A stretch of DNA of 16,257 bases from Acidobacteriota bacterium (GTDB lineage: Bacteria > Acidobacteriota > Thermoanaerobaculia > Multivoradales > UBA5704). The stretch covers positions 1 to 16,257 of the forward strand of contig JBDTZG010000092.1 in assembly GCA_040005235.1 (NCBI GenBank), read 5' to 3'. Below are positions 8,663 through 15,213 of the stretch, in pieces (within the stretch, counting starts at the first letter, position 1; each line of letters starts with the position of its first letter). The position numbers and the translations under genes were made by a program. The notes under the pieces were generated by a model that was not told the origin of the DNA, ran no database searches, and saw nothing but the letters and a program-made list of their open reading frames with translations.

Positions 8663-8974
8663 CTACGACAGAGACTGCTCAGATCGGCGTCTCGCTTTTT
8701 GCGCAGCGGGACGTGCGTCGCCTTTCGTAGCGCTTTTCTTCCCGCTCTTGGCCGGATCGATGGCCGCCGGTGCGTCGGCCTTCTTGGGCGGCACCATGAC
8801 GGGGAAGACAGCCCAGAGTCTCTTCTTCTCGCCCGGATTGTCGTCCACCACGCTGACGACGGGATCTTGCTCTCCGCTCGCCAGAGCCAATGCCGCGTTA
8901 TCCAAGACCTTCGCGACTTCTTTCTTCGATTTCCGCGACGGACGATCGGCGTCCTTTTCCAGATGTCGTTCCAT
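8663..8974 (-). CDS. Small basic, largely disordered protein B (103 aa, contains PPKK)
   Basis: GAGGAG SD 7 nt before the ATG; preceded by the repeated promoter-like motif and hairpin; Lys/Ala/Pro-rich with one short hydrophobic patch (LWAVFPVMV). Confidence 0.65.
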   Translation of the reverse strand: MERHLEKDADRPSRKSKKEVAKVLDNAALALASGEQDPVVSVVDDNPGEKKRLWAVFPVMVPPKKADAPAAIDPAKSGKKSATKGDARPAAQKARRRSEQSLS

Positions 8975-8990
8975 GGCTCATCTCCTCATT

Positions 8991-9020
8991 GCGCCGGGGC
9001 GATTGCGTCGCGCCCGGCTC
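8991..9020 (-). promoter_or_regulatory. 5'-UTR hairpin in front of small protein B
   Basis: Minus strand GAGCCGGG-C-GCGA-CGCAA-TCGC-CCCGGC-GC immediately upstream of the SD; shares the GAGCCGGGCG and CGGCGC ends with 10863-10887. Confidence 0.6.
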
Positions 9021-9062
9021 TCCCTCGTTAGATCACAACCTCAGGTGGTGGGTTCCGGAGAA

Positions 9063-9091
9063 AAAGACACCGTATTGCGGATTCCGTTGAG
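9063..9091 (-). promoter_or_regulatory. ECF-sigma-type promoter motif, copy 2
   Basis: Minus strand CTCAACG-gaatccgcaatac-GGTGTCTTT, 13 nt after the C25 stop; boxes and 13-nt spacer length identical to 10899-10927. Confidence 0.75.
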
Positions 9092-9104
9092 GGGATCCGA
9101 TCGT

Positions 9105-10607
9105 TCACGATTCCGCTTCGGGAGGCAAGGGAAGACGGACGGCCGGATCACCGAAGACGGCGTAGTACCGGGCGTCGTGGCAGGCGGCCTTGACCTCCCA
9201 GAGCGTTTCGGCGGGGACCTCTTTCTTCTCGTAGGCGCGTTGGCTCAATTCGGCGTGCTCGACGAGCCGAGCCTGGTAACAAGACCGAAAGGGAGTCATC
9301 GCCTCGCCGACCGGCCGCCCGCGCAGGAGATCCTTCAGGCATCGGTCGTAGAGCTGCGGCGGCTCAGGGCAGGCACCGTCTTCGCTCCGACCCTCGCGAA
9401 AACTGTAGGCGAAGACGAGATCGAGATGGCCGATCGCCGCGAGCGCTCCCTGCGCGAGCATTCGCTGCGGCAACCGGGCGACCAGATCCTCCGGCGCGAG
9501 CCACTCGGGGATCGGCAGGCCGGCGAGGTGCAGCTCGTTTTGCGCCGGCACGCCGAGGCTGCAGCAGGCGAAATGAAAGGCGATCATTCCGCCGAGCCGG
9601 GTCTCGGCGGCGAGATCGCCGGCCGAGAAGTAGTCGGATTCCGAGATCGCCGCGGCCTCCGGTCCCTGCCAGTCGGCGCACACCAGCGCGCCCTGGTCGG
9701 CGGCCTGGCGCTCGTCGCCGCTCTCGAAGACGGCGCCATGGCCGGCGGTGAACAGAATCGACGGCGGAATCGCCCGCCCGAGCAGCTCGGCGAAGCGATG
9801 CTTGGTCGCCTTCTCGCCCAAAATCCGCTCGACGGTCCAACCATCGTGCGGCAGAGCACAGGCGTCGGCGAGCGGCGCGGCCAGCGATCCTGAGCTCTCC
9901 TTGGAAAGCGGATCGTCCGGGTGCTCGGGCGCGAAAAAGGCGATCCGTCGAGAGGTTTCCGCCGAGGCCGGGGCTCGCTCCATCCGCACCACGTTCTCGG
10001 CATAGCGGGCGAAGGCTTCGATCGAATCGAAATCGATCCGGCCGACCGCATACTCCTGCGCCGCAAGCTCGGTCTGGAAATCGAACGGGATCGTCTGCGG
10101 ACCACCGACCAGCAAAAGGTAACCCGGAATCTTCTTCGGATCCGGGATGCCGGGAGTCACTCTGTACCGTCGGCGAAAATCGAACAGCATCTCGCCCGGC
10201 CGATACTCCAGCTCGCGAAAATGGCGGTCGCCCACCTGTTGGCGACGCAGGGCGAACAGAGGAGCCAAGGCTTCGCGAATCGCCGGCACCTGGCGGTCGC
10301 CGGTCGGAAAAACCACTCCCCAACCGCGGCTCGCGACCTCCCATTCGGGTAAATCCGAACCCGGCGGAGGCTTGCGAGCGCCACGTTTGGACGACCCCGG
10401 ACCGAGTTCCATCACTTCTTGGAGACCCGCCAGCTCCCGATCGGCGAGGCTGCGCCGAGCGTCGGCCACCAACCCGGGCCGCGCGAGCGCGAGGTGAGCG
10501 GCGACCTCCAGGTCGTCGCTCGACAGGGCCGGCAGCGCATAGCGGCCGGTGCGGCCGTTGACGCCGAAGAGTTGAATCCTGTGCGGAGGAGCGGCCATTT
10601 GGTTCAA
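9105..10607 (-). CDS. C25 (gingipain)-like cysteine peptidase, caspase-hemoglobinase fold, no signal peptide; start TTG 10607 or ATG 10598
   Basis: GWGVVFP, IPGYLLLVGGPQTIPFDFQ, YAVGRIDF, ILFTAGHG (His at 9738-9740), QGALVC, AFHFACCSLG (Cys at 9561-9566), GALAAIGHLD, YAVFGDPAVRL. Confidence 0.82.
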   Translation of the reverse strand: MNQMAAPPHRIQLFGVNGRTGRYALPALSSDDLEVAAHLALARPGLVADARRSLADRELAGLQEVMELGPGSSKRGARKPPPGSDLPEWEVASRGWGVVFPTGDRQVPAIREALAPLFALRRQQVGDRHFRELEYRPGEMLFDFRRRYRVTPGIPDPKKIPGYLLLVGGPQTIPFDFQTELAAQEYAVGRIDFDSIEAFARYAENVVRMERAPASAETSRRIAFFAPEHPDDPLSKESSGSLAAPLADACALPHDGWTVERILGEKATKHRFAELLGRAIPPSILFTAGHGAVFESGDERQAADQGALVCADWQGPEAAAISESDYFSAGDLAAETRLGGMIAFHFACCSLGVPAQNELHLAGLPIPEWLAPEDLVARLPQRMLAQGALAAIGHLDLVFAYSFREGRSEDGACPEPPQLYDRCLKDLLRGRPVGEAMTPFRSCYQARLVEHAELSQRAYEKKEVPAETLWEVKAACHDARYYAVFGDPAVRLPLPPEAES

Positions 10608-10609
10608 AC

Positions 10610-10632
10610 CCGCGGCGGCGCAACCGCCGCGG
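10610..10632 (-). terminator. GC-rich hairpin between small protein A and the C25 gene (weak terminator, attenuator or translational block)
   Basis: Perfect 9-bp stem CCGCGGCGG/CCGCCGCGG with a 5-nt loop, extendable by AAT/GTT; followed only by GTTTG on the minus strand. Confidence 0.5.
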
Positions 10633-10640
10633 ATTCGGAT

Positions 10641-10841
10641 CTAGGTGCGCTTCGGCCCGGCCGGAGAGGGAGTCGTGGAGAACGCGCCGGACGCGCTCAT
10701 GATCTTCTTCGGCGGCCCCTTGGGGTCGGTGTCCCCGGGATCGCCCGTGGCGGTTTTCCCCTTGGGCTTCCTCGTGCGGACCGCTTTCGGTGCAGCAACG
10801 TCTGGCACAGCGGCGAAACGTACCGGCGATTGATCGGACAT
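10641..10841 (-). CDS. Small basic disordered protein A (66 aa, contains PPKK)
   Basis: TAAGGAGG SD 5 nt before the ATG at 10841 (MSDQSPVRFAAVPDV...GDPGDTDPKGPPKKIMS...PKRT). The upstream ATG at 10889 in the track lacks an SD. Confidence 0.7.
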   Translation of the reverse strand: MSDQSPVRFAAVPDVAAPKAVRTRKPKGKTATGDPGDTDPKGPPKKIMSASGAFSTTPSPAGPKRT

Positions 10842-10862
10842 ACCCGCCTCCTTAAAGCGTAA

Positions 10863-10887
10863 GCGCCGAGCTTCATTCGCCCGGCTC
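10863..10887 (-). promoter_or_regulatory. 5'-UTR hairpin in front of small protein A
   Basis: Minus strand GA-GCCGGGC-GAATGAA-GCTCGGC-GC: 7-bp stem with one G-U pair, just upstream of the SD. Confidence 0.6.
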
Positions 10888-10898
10888 ATCCAATCCCG

Positions 10899-10927
10899 AA
10901 AGACACCTGTCTGTTCGTTTCGTTGAG
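10899..10927 (-). promoter_or_regulatory. ECF-sigma-type promoter motif, copy 1
   Basis: Minus strand CTCAACG-aaacgaacagaca-GGTGTCTTT, 12 nt after the CHAT stop; an AAC-containing -35 box and a GTC-containing -10 box are typical of ECF promoters. Confidence 0.75.
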
Positions 10928-10939
10928 CACTTTTCTCGT

Positions 10940-13795
10940 TTAGAGGCCATCATCTCGCCAGTCGCCTTGAAGCACAAAGGCGCCCCAGTAATAGGGATCG
11001 TTCCATTGAGGCCGGGAACGAACCGCGAGCTGGCTTTGGCGCAGGGCCGCCGCGGCGGGGAGCCCCCTCTGCAAGAGCTGGCGGTAGAAGCCGACCATTA
11101 GCTCTTCCGTCGAGGTGTCGTCGACCCGCCAGAGGCTCACCAGCGCCTTGGCCGCCCCGGCGGCGAGGAAAGCCCGGCCGAGGCTCTGCGGCCCTTCGCC
11201 GCGCGTCTCTCTTCCGAGCGCCGTGTCGCAGGCGCTCAAGACCACCAGGTCGGCCCGCAGCCTGCGGCCGGCGAGGTCCGACAGGCGGAGAAACGAGTCG
11301 CCGGCGAGTGGGCCGCCTCGCGGATCGCGCCGGGACAAGGCCAGCCCGGAACGCGCCGGACGCACCGGATCGACCAGCCCGTGGGTCGCGAAGTGAAGGA
11401 CGCGGAACGATTCCAACGGCGCGCCGAGCACGGCGCTCCGGCTCGCGGCGAAGCCGAGCCGCTCCACCAACCCGCCGGCACCGGCCAATCGGGCGATCGC
11501 GGCGATTTCGGATCCCGTGCGCCCGATCCGCGGCAGGAGGCCGACGGTGGCGCCGCGCCCCTCCTTGCGGGGGCCGGAAATCACGGTCTCCGCCCAAGAG
11601 CCGAACCGGGTGGCGAGCGAGGCCGGAGCCGGGGCCGGGTTCTTTGGCGTCGCGCAGGAGAGCCGATCGTCCGGACATCCGAAGACCGGATCGCCGACGG
11701 CGAAGAGACCTTGCGCCTTCGGGCGACGCGCCACGGCGTCGCGGATCTCCAACGCAAGCGAGGCCGAAGGAAGGGTGACGACCGCTCCCCGGTCGATCAG
11801 GCGCTCGGGGTTCGCCCCGCTCGAACCGGGGATCGGCAAGGCGGCAAACGGCACCTTGAACAGCACGCCGTCCGGCACGACGACGAAGCCTTGCCCGGCG
11901 AGCCGATCGGCGATAGGGCCGAACAGCGTCCGCGCCAGAGAACCGACGTGATCCTCGCGCGTCGCCAACCGGCCCGGCGGAGCGCCGAGCGCCCGGCTCG
12001 CCAGCCGGCCTTGCGCCTCAATCGCCTCCTGGGCCGGAAGGATGGCGAGCGACAGCCCCTCCCGGCGCACCACCCAGACGAAACTCCGCGTCTCGCCGAG
12101 CCAGTAGTCGAGCAGCCGGTAGCCGGGAGGAAGCGAAGATTGAATCTCGGCCAGGCTCCGCGCCTGGGCGACCGGCCGGCCGCTCACTTCATCCAATAAG
12201 GTGCGCGCCCGCGACCTCTCGCTCGCTTCGAACGCCGCCGGGAACTGTTTCTGCTCCACCAGCAGGTCGACCAGGCGTTCGAAGAAGCGATGCCGATCCG
12301 CGAGAAGGTTGGCGCGTCGTTGCGGCTCCAGCGTCGGGCGCAGCCGCTCCAGGATCGTGATCGCCTGGAGGAGATCGTCGCGCGCCTCGTCGAGGCGGCC
12401 CGCCAGCCGGAGCGCGTCCGACCGGCGAGAGAGCACCCAGGCGTAGTCGCTCTCCCGGCCGAGCCGCCGATACCCTTCGAGCGACCGATTGATCCGTTCG
12501 AGAGCTTCGGCAACCTCGCCGTTCTCCGTCGCGGCAACGCCAAGGATGACTTCGACATTGGCGAGCAAACCGGGCTTGTCGACTTCGTTCCGGAGGATGG
12601 CTTCCGCCGGCCGGAGGAAACGGAGAGCCTCTTTCCTCCGCTTCCGATCCATCTCTACCGCCCCCATCGTGAGCAGAAAGGAGGCTTCCCGCCCCCGGTC
12701 GCCCAACTTCCGGGCGACCGCCAGCGCCTGGTCGGAAGTCGCCAGGGACAGGTCCCACTTCTCTTGGTAGCGATAAGCCAAAGCGAGGTCGTCGAGGAGG
12801 TCTGCCCGCGGCAGTGGAGAGAGACCCAGTGCGAGTCCCGCTTTCGCCCTGAGCTCGGTCTCCTCGGGATCGCCAAGCTCCAGGGAGAGCCTTCCCAAGA
12901 TTTGCTGGCTCAGAGCCTGCCGATGTCGATCGCCGAGTTTCCGCCAGAGGAGCAGCGCCTGTTGAGCGCGAGCGAGCGCCTCCTCGTACCTCCCGCGGAG
13001 CTTTTCGAGGTTACTGAGCCCTTCCAGGGCGAACGCCTCGCGAAACGGGTCGGCCGAATGGCGGCCCAGCCGGTACTCCGCCCCATAGGCCGCCGCCGCC
13101 TCGTCGAGCCGCTGGAGATTCGCCAGGACTTTTCCCAGCTTGTGCAACGCCGCACCTCGGAGCTGGGGTTCTTCCACCAAGGCGGCGGCAGCGCGGAAGT
13201 GGCGGAGCGCTTGGGGATCGTCCTCGGGCAGGCGGCGGCCGATCCGATCGTGGATCTGCGCGGCAAGATCGCCCGCCCTCCCGTCTTCGGCCTGGCGGAG
13301 CGCCCGTTCGAGCAGGGGTACCGCTTGTTGCGAAGGTAGGGCGTTCGCCTCCTCGAAGGCGGCGAAGGCCGCGGCACGTAACCGCTCGCGCGCCGACGCC
13401 GGATGCGGCACCGAGATCGTCAGGCGATAGGCCGGCGCCTCCCCGATCGCCTCCTCGACCACCACCCGCACGCGCGCTTCGCCGGAAGCCTTGGCGACCA
13501 GCTCGAAGGCGTCTGTCCCCGTCGCATAGGTGTTTCCGTCGATCTCCGTCGGCGCGGCTTCGCCCGGCGCCAGGATCTCCAGGATGACGTCGCTCGACCG
13601 CTGCTCGGCGGCGATTCGCACGAACTGCCCCGCGAGGAGCGGGAAGCGATAGAGGTGAGAGGTCTCGCTCCCGCTCCAGGTGCGCACGGCCGCGATACCG
13701 TCGAATTTCTCCCCTTCGATCCGTGCGCCTTCCGTCGAGCCCAGGGCGAGCCCGGCCAGAAGAGCCAGCAGGAAGGAAAGACCGTACCTAGGCAA
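10940..13795 (-). CDS. Exported TPR-CHAT cysteine protease (signal peptide, beta-sandwich, TPR array, CHAT), 951 aa
   Basis: TTG start; signal-like MPRYGLSFLLALLAGLALGSTEG; HLYRFPLLAGQFVRIAAEQ beta domain; TPR-like repeats; AFEASERSRARTLLD; VVPDGVLFKVPFAAL; VLHFATHG (His 11381-11383); LVVLSACDTALG (Cys 11228-11230); VSLWRVDD; PYYWGAFVLQG. Confidence 0.93.
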   Translation of the reverse strand: MPRYGLSFLLALLAGLALGSTEGARIEGEKFDGIAAVRTWSGSETSHLYRFPLLAGQFVRIAAEQRSSDVILEILAPGEAAPTEIDGNTYATGTDAFELVAKASGEARVRVVVEEAIGEAPAYRLTISVPHPASARERLRAAAFAAFEEANALPSQQAVPLLERALRQAEDGRAGDLAAQIHDRIGRRLPEDDPQALRHFRAAAALVEEPQLRGAALHKLGKVLANLQRLDEAAAAYGAEYRLGRHSADPFREAFALEGLSNLEKLRGRYEEALARAQQALLLWRKLGDRHRQALSQQILGRLSLELGDPEETELRAKAGLALGLSPLPRADLLDDLALAYRYQEKWDLSLATSDQALAVARKLGDRGREASFLLTMGAVEMDRKRRKEALRFLRPAEAILRNEVDKPGLLANVEVILGVAATENGEVAEALERINRSLEGYRRLGRESDYAWVLSRRSDALRLAGRLDEARDDLLQAITILERLRPTLEPQRRANLLADRHRFFERLVDLLVEQKQFPAAFEASERSRARTLLDEVSGRPVAQARSLAEIQSSLPPGYRLLDYWLGETRSFVWVVRREGLSLAILPAQEAIEAQGRLASRALGAPPGRLATREDHVGSLARTLFGPIADRLAGQGFVVVPDGVLFKVPFAALPIPGSSGANPERLIDRGAVVTLPSASLALEIRDAVARRPKAQGLFAVGDPVFGCPDDRLSCATPKNPAPAPASLATRFGSWAETVISGPRKEGRGATVGLLPRIGRTGSEIAAIARLAGAGGLVERLGFAASRSAVLGAPLESFRVLHFATHGLVDPVRPARSGLALSRRDPRGGPLAGDSFLRLSDLAGRRLRADLVVLSACDTALGRETRGEGPQSLGRAFLAAGAAKALVSLWRVDDTSTEELMVGFYRQLLQRGLPAAAALRQSQLAVRSRPQWNDPYYWGAFVLQGDWRDDGL

Positions 13796-13811
13796 AGTAA
13801 ATCAGAGAATA

Positions 13812-14618
13812 TCAGGGTGCCGAAGATTCCCCCGAGCCGACGGCCGGAGACCCCACCCCGAAGGTACCGACCTCCTTCCAGCCTCCGGCGTTCCATGCGC
13901 CGGCCGGTACCGAGCAACGGAGCCGGCCTCCGGGTAGGCGACGGAAGCGAGCCGGGATTTCGATCCCATATTCGCCGTCCTCGGTCGCCGGGGCTTCCCC
14001 TTGCCAGACCACTGCCCCGGTCCCGTCGAGAAACTCCACCCGCACCGGCGTTCCCGCCGTCAGGTCGGTCATGGGCACGAGGAGCGCCAGGGGATGCCCC
14101 TCTCCCCCGTCGATCCCCCGCTCCGCGCCGCGCGAACCGCCCGTGGCCACCGCCTCGGCAATCACCACGCCGAGCCGGGGTTGATTCGCCTGGTACCAGG
14201 TCCAACCGGCAATCGAGAGCGACAGCACGGCGACCAGCGGCGAGGCCCAGCCGAGCCAATTCTTGCCGCTTCGGGGCGGCGGCATCAGAACCGCCGGCAC
14301 CAGAACCGGCGCCGGCGGCGCTTCGTCGAACCGAGCCCGCAGCTCGTGCCAGGCCCGGCGCTCCTCGGCATCGGCCACCCTCGCGGCCTGGGATTCCGGC
14401 ACGAGGGTCTCTCCCGCCTTCGGTCCGGCAAGCACCAGCTGGCGGCAGGCCCGGCAGGTGACCAGGTGGTCGCGCAGCGTCTCCACCTGTTCGGGCGGCA
14501 GCTCCCCGGCGCCGTAGCGCAGCCAGGTCGCGGCCTCGGGATGCTCCGACAGCGCGTGGGTCCCCGCGTCGATCCAGGCCCTGGCCGCACTGGCGAGTCG
14601 AGATTCCATGTCGATCAT
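13812..14618 (-). CDS. Zinc-binding (zf-HC2) single-pass membrane anti-sigma factor (268 aa)
   Basis: GAGGGAGA SD before the ATG at 14618; HPEAATWLRYGAGEL...DHLVTCRAC (HxxxCxxC); TM WLGWASPLVAVLSLSIAGWTWY; extracytoplasmic beta-rich C-terminus; lies directly downstream of the ECF gene. Confidence 0.88.
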   Translation of the reverse strand: MIDMESRLASAARAWIDAGTHALSEHPEAATWLRYGAGELPPEQVETLRDHLVTCRACRQLVLAGPKAGETLVPESQAARVADAEERRAWHELRARFDEAPPAPVLVPAVLMPPPRSGKNWLGWASPLVAVLSLSIAGWTWYQANQPRLGVVIAEAVATGGSRGAERGIDGGEGHPLALLVPMTDLTAGTPVRVEFLDGTGAVVWQGEAPATEDGEYGIEIPARFRRLPGGRLRCSVPAGAWNAGGWKEVGTFGVGSPAVGSGESSAP

Positions 14619-14635
14619 TTCGTCTCCCTCTCGCC

Positions 14636-15199
14636 TCAGTGAACCGGTTCGCCCGGATCGGTCAGAATTTCGCGCAAGCGGCGGCGGGCTTGGAACAGAT
14701 GGGCGCGGACGGTCTCTTCCGAGACCAGCAGCAGGGTGGCAATCTCGCCGTAGCTCTGCCCGTCCAGGTACAAGAGGACGACGCGGCTCATCTTCTTCGG
14801 CAACGATTCGATCGCCGCGCGGAGCCAGAGCGCCCGTTCCCCTTCGAGAGTGTCGGCGAGCGGATCGATCTGGGGATCGGGAAGGTCGAAAAAGTTTCCT
14901 TCGCCGTCGTCGAGCGAGATCTCGCGCCCCTTGCGCTTGCCCGCGTCGCGGTGCCGCAGATGATTCTTGTAGATGTTTTTCGCGATCTGGTACAACCAAC
15001 CCTCCTTCGCCTCCTCGTCCTCGAGCTGGTGGATGCCCCGCCAGACCCGGGAGAAGGTCTCTTGCGCGAGATCTTCCGCCTCCTCGGTGGAAAATCGTCG
15101 GACAATGAAGAAGACACGGATGGAGTGCCAATGGTTGAGAAAAAGTTCCTCGACCATCCGGGAATCGTCCCGATCGCGTCGAGAGGGGGGGATCGCCAT
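14636..15199 (-). CDS. ECF-type RNA polymerase sigma factor (~187 aa; alternative start 15157)
   Basis: Region 2: EEAEDLAQETFSRVWRG...GWLYQIAKNIYKNHLR. Region 4: LRAAIESLPKKMSRVVLLYLDGQSYGEIATLLLVSEETVRAHLFQARRRLRE. No region 3. The track ORF from 15883 is an over-extension across yceI. Confidence 0.93.
   Translation of the reverse strand: MAIPPSRRDRDDSRMVEELFLNHWHSIRVFFIVRRFSTEEAEDLAQETFSRVWRGIHQLEDEEAKEGWLYQIAKNIYKNHLRHRDAGKRKGREISLDDGEGNFFDLPDPQIDPLADTLEGERALWLRAAIESLPKKMSRVVLLYLDGQSYGEIATLLLVSEETVRAHLFQARRRLREILTDPGEPVH
15110..15139 (-). promoter_or_regulatory. Possible third copy of the ECF motif, inside the sigma gene
   Basis: Minus strand CTCAACC-N14-CGTGTCTTC: CTCAAC and GTGTCTT cores identical to the other two copies, spacer 1 nt longer. 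Confidence 0.4.
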
Positions 15200-15213
15200 A
15201 GCCGCGATCGATT

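Noticed and set aside
9028-9056. RpoE-like GGAACC-N18-TCTAA upstream of small protein B
   Set aside because: Single occurrence with slightly long spacing and no counterpart before protein A; the repeated CTCAACG/GGTGTCTTT motif explains the region better.
10641-10841. RiPP precursor peptide
   Set aside because: No modifying enzyme (radical SAM, ATP-grasp, YcaO, lanthipeptide synthetase) or peptide exporter nearby, and no recognisable leader.
746-14461. Many long alternative-frame and antisense ORFs (e.g. 746-2215, 5695-6888, 8748-9893, 9364-10623, 12290-13339, 13403-14461)
   Set aside because: Typical stop-poor shadow frames of high-GC genes, with no recognisable motifs and complete overlap with better-supported CDSs.
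8663-15199. Type III-E CRISPR (Craspase) locus
   Set aside because: No CRISPR array or cas genes in the window, and this CHAT has a signal peptide; the resemblance is only an analogy.
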